Shown here piece by piece: positions 1 to 9,002 of a stretch of 64,000 bases of DNA. A program made the position numbers and the translations under genes. The notes below the pieces were generated by a model. It was not told where the DNA came from. It did no database searches and saw nothing but the letters and a program-made list of their open reading frames with translations. The stretch spans positions 32,001 through 96,000 of the forward strand of contig JAHLWS010000073.1 in assembly GCA_019057795.1 (NCBI GenBank), in the 5' to 3' direction. Each line of letters starts with the position of its first letter. Position 1 is the stretch's first letter. Origin of the DNA: Promethearchaeota archaeon (GTDB taxonomy: Archaea; Asgardarchaeota; Lokiarchaeia; Sigyniarchaeales; SOKP01).

Positions 1-19
1 TTTACATTTACATATTTTA

Positions 20-994
20 ATGACTGAGAATAATAATTTGAAAAATCAATCTGAAAAAAAAAACAATAAAGAAGACGACGAAGAAGAAGAGAATAAACTT
101 AAAATCGAATCTCTTACTAAAGCTGGAAAGATTGCTCAGGAAGTAAAGAAGTACATTAAACCGCAAATACAAGTTGGAACAAAAGTGTTAAATTTAATTG
201 AAAACACAGAGAAGAAAATCGTTGAATTAGGCGGAGGGTGGGCATTTCCCGTTAATGTTAGTATAAACAACATTGCAGCTCACTATACATCTCCAATAAA
301 GGACGATGAACTTACGATTAAAGAAGGAGATATTGTTAAAATCGATTTAGGCGTTCATATCGACGGATACATAGTGGACACAGCTTTTACCGTAAGTTTT
401 AACGACAAGAAATCTCTTGAAAACATAATTCAAGCAACCGAAGTCGCTCTAGAAGCCGCAAAAATGATGGCTAAACCTAAAATCAACACGAAAGAATTAG
501 GTAAAAAAATCGAAGATATCGTAAAAGGTTTTAAATTTAATCCAATAAAAGAACTTGGTGGACATCAAATTGAAAGGTGGACCGTTCATGGAAAAAAACA
601 ATTGCCAGAATTAGGTGTTCAAGGTGGAGATATAATGGAAGAAGGTGAAGTCTTTGCCATAGAAATATTTGCTTCGACGGGGGAAGGTACAGTTCATAAT
701 ACCAAATACTCTTATATTTACGAATTGAATCCATATGCAGGAAGGGTACCTCTACGTAGAAAAACATCTAAACAAATTTTAGGGCACATAAATAAGAATT
801 ACAAAACGCTCCCTTTTGCAGAAAGATGGTTAGGAAAAGATTTTAGAATGGGAGTAATGTTTGGACTTCAAGAACTAGTACAACAAGGAAAAATACAAGT
901 TCATTATGTATTGGCGGAACAAAAAGGAGAATTTGTAGCTCAAAGTGAACAAACGATTTTAATAACTGAAGATGGATTTAAACAACTAACATAA
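20..994 (+). CDS. map: Methionine aminopeptidase, type II
   Basis: AFPVNVSINNIAAHYT, KIDLGVHIDGYIVDTAFT and FAIEIF motifs; type-II insertion (YKTLPFAERW); acidic N-terminal extension. Confidence 0.95.
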   Translation: MTENNNLKNQSEKKNNKEDDEEEENKLKIESLTKAGKIAQEVKKYIKPQIQVGTKVLNLIENTEKKIVELGGGWAFPVNVSINNIAAHYTSPIKDDELTIKEGDIVKIDLGVHIDGYIVDTAFTVSFNDKKSLENIIQATEVALEAAKMMAKPKINTKELGKKIEDIVKGFKFNPIKELGGHQIERWTVHGKKQLPELGVQGGDIMEEGEVFAIEIFASTGEGTVHNTKYSYIYELNPYAGRVPLRRKTSKQILGHINKNYKTLPFAERWLGKDFRMGVMFGLQELVQQGKIQVHYVLAEQKGEFVAQSEQTILITEDGFKQLT

Positions 995-1031
995 AAAGTT
1001 GATCCTTCAATAAAACAACGTTTGATTTTAG

Positions 1032-2141
1032 ATGAAAAAGTTAAAAATTTGTTTAGTATCATTAACAGTTTCTCCTGATAGCGCCGATGGAGAGGCAAAA
1101 GTCATCAGAGCAATTTTTGAATATCTAAAAAAGCAAGGACACAAAGTAAAATTAATTACTGGTAAATGGAACAAAGATTTAGACAACACGGATATCGTTC
1201 AGTTTGATTTAGTTAGAAAAAGATTTTTTTGGGCTCCAAATTTTTGTTACAAGGTAATTAAATTCTTAAGGAATAATAATTTCGACATCGTACACGCTAA
1301 TAGTGCCAAAGCAGCTTTACCAATTATTTTATCTAACCAAAAAAGATTCATTTGCACGATCCACGATTTTACTCCTTTTGAAACAAAACTTACAAGAATT
1401 CCTCTAGAAAAGTTTTTGATAAAATATGTTTCAAAAAAAGCATCGTTAATAACTACTGTTTCTAATTATGTTAAGCAAGAATTTCAATATTTCATTCCAA
1501 AAATTGATAAGAATAAAATTGTCACCATTTTCAATGGTATTGAGGAAAAGTACAATCCTTACCCCATCGAAGCTCAAAGATTAAAGGAAAAATTAAACAT
1601 TAAAGGCCCTGTTTTATTATATATCGGAAGAATAGCTCCTTATAAAGGAGTAGGTAACATAATTGAAGCTTATAGACTGGTTAAAAACGAAATTCCAAAC
1701 CTTAATTTAGTTATTGGAGGTAGACCAGATTATTTGATGGAAAAAGCGTACAATAATTGGAAAAATGAAAACAAAGACATTTATTTTATGGGATATCTTC
1801 CAGAAGAAGAAGTCCCTTTTTATTATTCTATGGGAGATATTTTTATAACTTTTTCTTCATCTTCCGAAGGATTTGGATTAACTCCGCTAGAAGCTATCTC
1901 GTGTGGAACGCCCGTAATATGTTCCTCAATTTCAGTATATCGAGAGATTCTAAAGAACCATGCTCTGTTCGTTCCTCCTAAAGATTCGAAAAAATTGGCT
2001 GAAAAAATAAAAATTCTCCTCAATGATAATGAATTGAGAAATGAAATAGTAAAAGACGCTCAAGGTTTTATAAAAAAATACAGTTGGGACGCGGTTGGTA
2101 AAAGATTAGAAGAAGAATATGAAAAATTTTTAACTAATTAG
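1032..2141 (+). CDS. Glycosyltransferase family 4 (GT-B)
   Basis: YIGRIAPYKG and EGFGLTPLEAISCGTPVI (EX7E) motifs. Confidence 0.92.
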   Translation: MKKLKICLVSLTVSPDSADGEAKVIRAIFEYLKKQGHKVKLITGKWNKDLDNTDIVQFDLVRKRFFWAPNFCYKVIKFLRNNNFDIVHANSAKAALPIILSNQKRFICTIHDFTPFETKLTRIPLEKFLIKYVSKKASLITTVSNYVKQEFQYFIPKIDKNKIVTIFNGIEEKYNPYPIEAQRLKEKLNIKGPVLLYIGRIAPYKGVGNIIEAYRLVKNEIPNLNLVIGGRPDYLMEKAYNNWKNENKDIYFMGYLPEEEVPFYYSMGDIFITFSSSSEGFGLTPLEAISCGTPVICSSISVYREILKNHALFVPPKDSKKLAEKIKILLNDNELRNEIVKDAQGFIKKYSWDAVGKRLEEEYEKFLTN

Positions 2142-3247
2142 ATCTCTTTTATTAAATTCTCCTTTACAATTTTAAAGCAAATTTCGTTTGGGTTTTCAAA
2201 TTGCATAATTTTTTTTTTAAATGAATTGGTAAATCTGTTGTGATGAGGTTTTTCAGAAAGAATTTCTATAGACTTCCCTATAATTTTTTCAGATTCTTTT
2301 ATATGTTCTAAAGGGAAACCATTATTTATTAAAAAATGTTCCTGAGGGGCGGTATCTCCGGGAAAAAATTCAATGCTTGGCACATTTAATAAACTCGATT
2401 CCCGAACGATCGTACCTCCACCACTGATTACTAACGCACTGAAATAACATAAATCGACCATATTCGGCATAAACCGCGTGATAATTACGTTGGAATTATC
2501 AATATATTTTTTCAACTTTTTTTTCAGGTATAGTTCTTGTTTTTCTGTTCTTACAATTAAAAAATATTTAAGATTTGGAAATTGATTAAATATTGTGGGA
2601 AAAAATTGACTAATTAATGTTTCTTCTGGTTTTAGTTCTCCTATGAAATAACTAGCAAACGAAGGTTCACTTCTAATAATTACGAATTTTCCCTTTTCTA
2701 AGTCGTTTTTTTCAAGTATATTGGGATTAGGTTCGTATTCTGAAAGCCAAGCTATCTCATCGATACCATTATATCTGATTAATCTCTCCGGATTGGCGTG
2801 GAGATGGATATACCATTCTTCTGGAACACACATCGGAGTAATTATATGATCTAAATATGGAAATATTTGTTTACACACCGGAACATTTCGAGGCTCATCG
2901 TTATAACCTATTGAGGGAATGTTCAATCCGTAAGATATTCTAGTGCCTTCCACAGAAGAAAAAGTTACAAAATAGTCTGGAGTAAATTTTATAACATATG
3001 GGTAAAGTTTAGACAAGCGATCGATGTAAGTTTTTAATTTATCTTCCAGTTTTTCACCTCCGTGCTTCCCAACTTTCTGATACTTAACATGTAAGTCGTC
3101 TAAAATTTGAAAAGTAGAATCGTAATCTCGAGCAGTAATTAAAAGTTCTGCACCTTCCTTCTGAAATTTTTTTAGAAGACGATTAAACATAATTCCCGTT
3201 TTTGGTTCTTCTATATCAATCCAAACTTTTTTGTTTAATAAACTCAT
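2138..3247 (-). CDS. DUF354-family GT-B fold protein
   Basis: KVWIDI, ITARDY, VGKHGG and ISGGGTIVRE motifs; start moved to ATG 3247 (the ORF-track start 3319 overlaps the next gene). Confidence 0.8.
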   Translation of the reverse strand: MSLLNKKVWIDIEEPKTGIMFNRLLKKFQKEGAELLITARDYDSTFQILDDLHVKYQKVGKHGGEKLEDKLKTYIDRLSKLYPYVIKFTPDYFVTFSSVEGTRISYGLNIPSIGYNDEPRNVPVCKQIFPYLDHIITPMCVPEEWYIHLHANPERLIRYNGIDEIAWLSEYEPNPNILEKNDLEKGKFVIIRSEPSFASYFIGELKPEETLISQFFPTIFNQFPNLKYFLIVRTEKQELYLKKKLKKYIDNSNVIITRFMPNMVDLCYFSALVISGGGTIVRESSLLNVPSIEFFPGDTAPQEHFLINNGFPLEHIKESEKIIGKSIEILSEKPHHNRFTNSFKKKIMQFENPNEICFKIVKENLIKEI

Positions 3248-3309
3248 CTTAAGATCAACTTTCTTAATGATAAATTGAATAATTTCATTAAATTGGAATT
3301 GCCAATTTT

Positions 3310-4065
3310 TTATTTCCAATCTTTAGGAATTTTTTTTAAAAACTTTGCTGGGTTTCCTACAACAATGTCGTTTTCTTCAGTATTTTTTGTAACTACAGAT
3401 CCTGCTCCAACGATCGTCCCCCTTTTTAAAGTAATTCCTGGCATAATTACTGAGTTTGCCCCCAAAGAAACGTAATCTTCAATTTTAGGTCCGTTTAAAT
3501 CAAATTCTTTTCGCATCATATATTTATCATTTGTTAATTTGCTATATGGACCCATAAAAACGTTGTTTCCAATTGTAGAGTATAAAGGAATGTAAACTCC
3601 CGTTTGAATACTTACATTGTTTCCTATAACTACATTTCCATCGATAATCGTGTTAGTACCTATTAAAGTGCTGTTTCCTATGGATGTTTTTTCTCTAATC
3701 ATAACATTATGTCCCGTCTGGCATTTGTCCCCGATGATCACTTCAGAATATATTATAGAGCCTGCTCTGATGGTGCATTCCTTTCCTATTGTAATTAATG
3801 GACTCTCAAAATCTGTTATCTCTTTCTTGTCTTTTATAATAGCTGTTAAATCCGCTCTCTGCGGATGTCCAATGATACAATTTTCGCCTAAATATGTCTC
3901 TGAGTGAATCAAAGCATTTCCATAAATCTTAACTCCCATGGAAAGATAAACATCACTTTCAATTTTAACTCCTTTTCCTATTGCTGTAAAATTATCAATG
4001 AATACCGTCTCGTGGATAAATGCCTTTTTGTGGATAAAAGATAAATTTTTTCTCTCTAGATTCAC
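3310..4065 (-). CDS. Hexapeptide-repeat (left-handed beta-helix) N-acetyltransferase, WbpD/WxcM-like
   Basis: Many [IV]Gxxxx repeats; C-terminal VGAGSVVTK...VVGNPAK. Confidence 0.88.
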   Translation of the reverse strand: MNLERKNLSFIHKKAFIHETVFIDNFTAIGKGVKIESDVYLSMGVKIYGNALIHSETYLGENCIIGHPQRADLTAIIKDKKEITDFESPLITIGKECTIRAGSIIYSEVIIGDKCQTGHNVMIREKTSIGNSTLIGTNTIIDGNVVIGNNVSIQTGVYIPLYSTIGNNVFMGPYSKLTNDKYMMRKEFDLNGPKIEDYVSLGANSVIMPGITLKRGTIVGAGSVVTKNTEENDIVVGNPAKFLKKIPKDWK

Positions 4066-4128
4066 TTTTCCAGCTTCACTTTAAATTAGTATTTAGTTGA
4101 ATTATTTTTCAAAATAATATTAACTTAA

Positions 4129-4422
4129 TCATTTTCCACATTTACAAGGGGAAGAGTTGCATTTCTTGCATTTATTTGGATACTTGCTAAATAATGCTTT
4201 TTCTATATCAACTTCTAATAAATTTGCGATGGAAACAGTCCATGCGATAATATCAGCTAATTCCTCTGAAGATTTTTCTTTATCTATATTTTGAGAATTA
4301 AATAATGTAGCTAGCTCCCCAATTTCTTCTATCAACCAGATAAATGTACTTTTAAGGCCCCTATTTAAGTCCTTTTGATAATAGAGCCTCTTTATTAAAT
4401 CCTGGAAGTCTGAAATATTCAT
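4129..4422 (-). CDS. MazG-like nucleotide pyrophosphohydrolase
   Basis: LIEEIGELA...EELADII motif; C-terminal CxxC...CxC. Confidence 0.85.
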   Translation of the reverse strand: MNISDFQDLIKRLYYQKDLNRGLKSTFIWLIEEIGELATLFNSQNIDKEKSSEELADIIAWTVSIANLLEVDIEKALFSKYPNKCKKCNSSPCKCGK

Positions 4423-4467
4423 AATAAGAAAAATAAATTTATATAAAAAATTTTAATAAAAAAAAAT

Positions 4468-4674
4468 TTAAAATAACCATTCAAAAATGCCTAACCAAGC
4501 AAACATTACCATTGCAATTAAAGCAACGGCAAAAATTACAGTAGTTATTGGGCTGATTTTAATTCCAATTGAACTATCTTCAAAAAATCTCATTAAACCT
4601 GCTCCCCCTAAAGGCATTGGAGCACTTCCACTTCTTCTTTTCTTACGTCTTGATTGACTTTGTCGAGATGGCAT
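4468..4674 (-). CDS. secG: Preprotein translocase subunit Sec61beta
   Basis: Basic N-terminus, GAGLMRFFED...IKISP motif, single C-terminal TM helix. Confidence 0.92.
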   Translation of the reverse strand: MPSRQSQSRRKKRRSGSAPMPLGGAGLMRFFEDSSIGIKISPITTVIFAVALIAMVMFAWLGIFEWLF

Positions 4675-4828
4675 AACTCAACTATCACAAAAATTGTAAT
4701 TAATTAAATAAAATTAACACATCAAAAATAATAAGGTTTATCTTGAATTAAAAAAAAAATATGATAAATTTTTATTAATTGTATTAATTATTATTAGTTA
4801 ATTTGAGGAAATAAAGGTTTAATTTTTT

Positions 4829-6697
4829 ATGAGAAAAAAAGGTTTCATCTTATTATTAATTGGTTTTCTTTTATTTATTGTTGTGATTTCAAATATTCAG
4901 AATAATTCCTTAGTTAATTATCAGAATCAACCTGAGAAAGAATCTCCTCAATTAGCAGGGAGTTTAGAAGGAGCAGAAAATATAGTAATTACTGAATTAA
5001 GAAGGTACGGTAATCTAAGCGGATACGGATTAGTAAATATTGAAGATAAAATGACTATTTTAAATAACAACGACAATCCTATTAATTCAATTTTTATTGG
5101 AATTCCTATTGAACATTCTGATGATTTAGTTTATTTTGAAGCTATGGGTGAAAACAAAAATTCTCTATTAACAGAAAGATCAAAAATAGTAATGCACAAT
5201 TTTGAAATGATAATAATTTATTTTGATTCACCATTATTGCCGTATCAAACGAAAAATATAAGATTACTACAAACTTTTCAAAATTTATTCGCTTATAATG
5301 TTTTTCCATTAGGATTAACGGAAGATATAGATGTACATCATAATTTCACAGGGCCAGTATGGCCAATTTTACCCTATAGAGCAGAAGGAGAAATTTCTGC
5401 TGAATTTCGGTTTCCTGCCACAGCAGAAAGAGTTTATTTTGAAAGAATAGGATCCACAGGGAATGAGGCAGAAGGAGGGCGTATTTTATATGATTTAGCC
5501 AAAAGTCTTAGTTACGATTATTTAGACCCATTTTTAGAAAATTTAGGTGAACATCGAGAAATAGATATCATATTTAGAGATAGAGTTCTAAAATTCTCTC
5601 AAATTGAAATAGAAGAAATTAATCGAGATATTATGATTTCACCCTGGGGTTTAATTAAAATCAAAGAAGAATATTTAATCAAAAATCTAGGTTATTTTGA
5701 ACAACATAATCTATTTTTAAATATTCCCGCTAATGCAATAAATATTTATCTATTTGATGATTTGGGCGAATTATCAGGGACTTTAAGTGATCTTGAGAAT
5801 TCAAATAGAAAGAAATTAGAGATAAACCTCGTTCAAAATCGCGCTACATTAACCCCATCTTCAGTGATAAAATTCACTTTAACATATAACTTACCATTTG
5901 AAAAATATTTTACAACTAATTGGCTTCAAGAATCGCTTCAGATTGATTTATTAACAACAAAATATGATTATTTAGGAAAAAAACAAACAATAAATATACT
6001 TATTGAAGGATGTGGGAATATTGATTATATATCATCTCCTCCAGTTGCTATTAAACAATCGGGAGGATCCAAGATAATAGTTTATTATTCTGATTATGTA
6101 GCCCCTCTAGAAAATAAAATAGTTCTTCTTACCTTCAGTATTGATTTATTTGATTTATTATTAAGACCAATATTAATTATCCTCGCAATTGCAGTTATTT
6201 CATCTCTATATGTTCTATTAATGAAATCTAGTAAGAGAGAAGAAGATATTTCACTCTTTAAGAAGGAATATCTACCTGTAAACGAAATAAGAGAATTTTG
6301 TTCCTTATATGAAGAGAAAAATGCTTTAATATTAGAAATTAGGAAAGCAGAAACTGAAGCAAAACGTAAAAAATTAGCCAAGAAAACATATAAAAATCTA
6401 TTAGCCAAAAATTCAACAAAAATTGACCAAATAAAAAATGAAATCATGCCATTTAAAAAAGTTTTAATAGAGACAAGTGAAACATTTGGAAATATTCTAA
6501 AAAAACTTGATGTTTTGGATACTGAAAGAATTAGTGTTGATGATAGCTTAAACCTTTTAGAGACTCGATATAAAAGAGGAAGATTACCTTCTAAAGCAGC
6601 TTATCAAAAATTATCAGATGATTTCTTCAATAGAAGAAAGAAAATCGATAGAACGATAGATAGATATATTCAACAGCTAAGAAGTTATTTGTTATAA
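4829..6697 (+). CDS. Ribophorin I (RPN1/Ost1)-like oligosaccharyltransferase subunit
   Basis: Signal/anchor peptide; INRDIMISPWGLIKIKEEYLIKN and IYLFDDLGE motifs; one TM (LLRPILII...) followed by a cytosolic helical domain. Confidence 0.8.
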   Translation: MRKKGFILLLIGFLLFIVVISNIQNNSLVNYQNQPEKESPQLAGSLEGAENIVITELRRYGNLSGYGLVNIEDKMTILNNNDNPINSIFIGIPIEHSDDLVYFEAMGENKNSLLTERSKIVMHNFEMIIIYFDSPLLPYQTKNIRLLQTFQNLFAYNVFPLGLTEDIDVHHNFTGPVWPILPYRAEGEISAEFRFPATAERVYFERIGSTGNEAEGGRILYDLAKSLSYDYLDPFLENLGEHREIDIIFRDRVLKFSQIEIEEINRDIMISPWGLIKIKEEYLIKNLGYFEQHNLFLNIPANAINIYLFDDLGELSGTLSDLENSNRKKLEINLVQNRATLTPSSVIKFTLTYNLPFEKYFTTNWLQESLQIDLLTTKYDYLGKKQTINILIEGCGNIDYISSPPVAIKQSGGSKIIVYYSDYVAPLENKIVLLTFSIDLFDLLLRPILIILAIAVISSLYVLLMKSSKREEDISLFKKEYLPVNEIREFCSLYEEKNALILEIRKAETEAKRKKLAKKTYKNLLAKNSTKIDQIKNEIMPFKKVLIETSETFGNILKKLDVLDTERISVDDSLNLLETRYKRGRLPSKAAYQKLSDDFFNRRKKIDRTIDRYIQQLRSYLL

Positions 6698-6720
6698 ATA
6701 ATATATAATTCGGTGAATTA

Positions 6721-7344
6721 ATGAAACCGTGGTTATTTGACATTTTAGCTTGTCCAATTGACAAATATTTTCCCTTAGATTTTTATATCTTTTCATATGA
6801 AACTAAAGAAGAAGAATTTAAGGAAATCTTAAGTTTTTTTGAGAAAAGAGACATTGATCTTATTAAGAAAGAAAATATTATCGAAATTCACCAGGAAAAG
6901 GGAAAAATTTATATTCGGGATGATATAGTTATTGAAAAGAGTTCGATCGATACTTATCTAAATTTAATAATTTCGAGCATTAAGGAAGTCAACTACATAC
7001 ACGATAAATCGTCATTAAAATTAAGTAAACAATGTTTTAACATTATCAAACACGATATAAAAGATAAAATAACCAATTTTTCTAATAGCATAGAATTTGA
7101 ACAAATCGAAAATATTCTACCTGAATTATATTTTTTAAATAAAATTAAAGTTGAAACTGAAGTTGAAACGGGATTACTGTTCTGTTCAGAATGTATGCGA
7201 TGGTACCCAATCATCGAAACAATACCTCAAATGCTACCTGATGAATATAGAGACGAAAAAGCAGACATTCAATTTCTAAAAACCAATAAAGATTTATTAG
7301 ATAATGCATTTTTTAAACAAAATTTAAAACCTTTCAATGTATAA
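6721..7344 (+). CDS. trm112: Trm112-like methyltransferase activator, long form
   Basis: N-terminal MKPWLFDILACPIDK and C-terminal GLLFCSECMRWYPIIETIPQML, separated by a long insert. Confidence 0.85.
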   Translation: MKPWLFDILACPIDKYFPLDFYIFSYETKEEEFKEILSFFEKRDIDLIKKENIIEIHQEKGKIYIRDDIVIEKSSIDTYLNLIISSIKEVNYIHDKSSLKLSKQCFNIIKHDIKDKITNFSNSIEFEQIENILPELYFLNKIKVETEVETGLLFCSECMRWYPIIETIPQMLPDEYRDEKADIQFLKTNKDLLDNAFFKQNLKPFNV

Positions 7345-7358
7345 GTAATAAAATACAT

Positions 7359-7460
7359 AGCCCGGTGGTGTAGTGGACAAGCATCTGGGGCCTTGAACCC
7401 CGTGACCACGGTTCGAAAACTATCAAGTTAACTCGATAATCGAAATTCCGTGCCGGGCTA
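7359..7460 (+). tRNA. tRNA-Gln(UUG) with a 29-nt BHB intron in the T-loop (7418-7446, position 59/60)
   Basis: Acceptor AGCCCGG/CCGGGCT (A1-U72, typical of archaeal Gln); anticodon TTG at 7393-7395; T-arm CACGG-TTCGAA|T-CCGTG restored after intron removal; BHB helix TTCG/CGAA with bulges AAA and ATT. Confidence 0.9.
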
Positions 7461-7519
7461 TTATTTATTTACTTTTTGTCAGTATAAATAAACTACTTAA
7501 AAAAGTTCATCGATCAATA

Positions 7520-8881
7520 ATGATTCGGATAACTGATTTAAATTGGGGCGTCTTGGAAGCGGTATATTTAATAATAGTCTTTGTTGTAGGATTTGCAATT
7601 ACAATGGCAATTATCCCCTATCTAATAAAAATAATGAAAAGGAGGGGTCACATCGGAATCGATATACATAAAAACTTAAAAACAGAAGTTGCGGAATCTG
7701 GTGGAATTAGCATCGTCATAGGAATTTCATTTGCATCAATGCTTCTAATTATCTTCTTTCCAAGTTTCTTTAACGAAATCCTGATATTTGTTTTAACTGT
7801 GGCTTTATCAGGGTTAATTGGTTATTTTGACGACAGAATTAAATTAAGATCGAGATATAAACTAATATTAACAATCTTTACGGGAACCTTGATTTTTCTG
7901 GCAAATTTTTTTGGTTTTATTAAAATTGAATCCCCTACAATCCCTTTCCTGGGGCAATTAAGATTAACGATTATTTATCCTATACTTGCGCCTATAATAG
8001 TAACAGTATTTGCAAACACGGTGAATATGTTGGAAGGATATAATGGTGAAGGGTCTGGGACATCCATTATTGCGTTATGTTCCTTGTTTGTTTGTTCAAT
8101 AATATGGGATTCCGCAGAAGGAATTTTATTTACCACTATCGCTTTAGCAGTTCTAATTCCATTTTACTTATATAATAAATTTCCTGCAAAAATCTTTCCT
8201 GGAGATGTTGGAACGCTAAGTATTGGCGCTTTATTTGCGGGTATTGCTTTGTTTGGTTCTCTTGAAGCAGCAGTTTTCTGTGCGCTTTTAATACATATTT
8301 TTAATAGCTTTTATGTTTTATATTCAGTAAAAGGATTTTTTGAGAGCAGTGAAATTCTAGAAAATAAGAGCGATATTATATTGTTAGAAAACGATTTTAT
8401 AAAAGCATCCGATGAGAAAGACGCTGCTCTAACTTTACCAAGATTAATCTTAGCAAAGGGGCCTTTAAAAGAACCAGAATTAGTTAAAAATTTTTATATT
8501 ATTTCACTCATCTGTGGATTTTTCTCCATTATAACAACATTATTAATGGTTTGGACAATTGGAAATCTGGATTTAATTACAATAGCAATTGTAATCGTTA
8601 TTTTTGGACTTATCATTACCATTTTATTACATAAATTTCCTAGAATAAGAGGCGTTGTGATTCTTATGGTTATATTAATCGTTGTAGGTTATATTTTTCT
8701 CATCTGCATTGATTTGTTTATAATACCAATAGATTTCGTAGATATTGTTATTTTTGGTATACCCTTGCCAACTAATATTATAATTTCTTTAATTTTAGTA
8801 ATCCCTGGATTATTACTATGGTACTATATTACAATTAAATATTTTTGGTTTGAAATTTATAAAATGAAAGAAGGATCTTAA
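7520..8881 (+). CDS. UDP-GlcNAc:dolichyl-phosphate GlcNAc-1-P transferase (DPAGT1/Alg7/AglH family)
   Basis: GIDIHK, ESGG, GYFDD, NTVNMLEGYNG and FPAKIFPGDVG motifs; polytopic, with extra C-terminal TM helices. Confidence 0.88.
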   Translation: MIRITDLNWGVLEAVYLIIVFVVGFAITMAIIPYLIKIMKRRGHIGIDIHKNLKTEVAESGGISIVIGISFASMLLIIFFPSFFNEILIFVLTVALSGLIGYFDDRIKLRSRYKLILTIFTGTLIFLANFFGFIKIESPTIPFLGQLRLTIIYPILAPIIVTVFANTVNMLEGYNGEGSGTSIIALCSLFVCSIIWDSAEGILFTTIALAVLIPFYLYNKFPAKIFPGDVGTLSIGALFAGIALFGSLEAAVFCALLIHIFNSFYVLYSVKGFFESSEILENKSDIILLENDFIKASDEKDAALTLPRLILAKGPLKEPELVKNFYIISLICGFFSIITTLLMVWTIGNLDLITIAIVIVIFGLIITILLHKFPRIRGVVILMVILIVVGYIFLICIDLFIIPIDFVDIVIFGIPLPTNIIISLILVIPGLLLWYYITIKYFWFEIYKMKEGS

Positions 8882-9002
8882 AGGAATAATTCTAACTTCT
8901 CAAATTAATTTTGTATAATTTTTTTCTAATTGTAGGAAATAATTTTAAGGAATTCATATTTAAAAAACAATAACAATAAAATTAAGACATAAAGGGTTTT
9001 TT

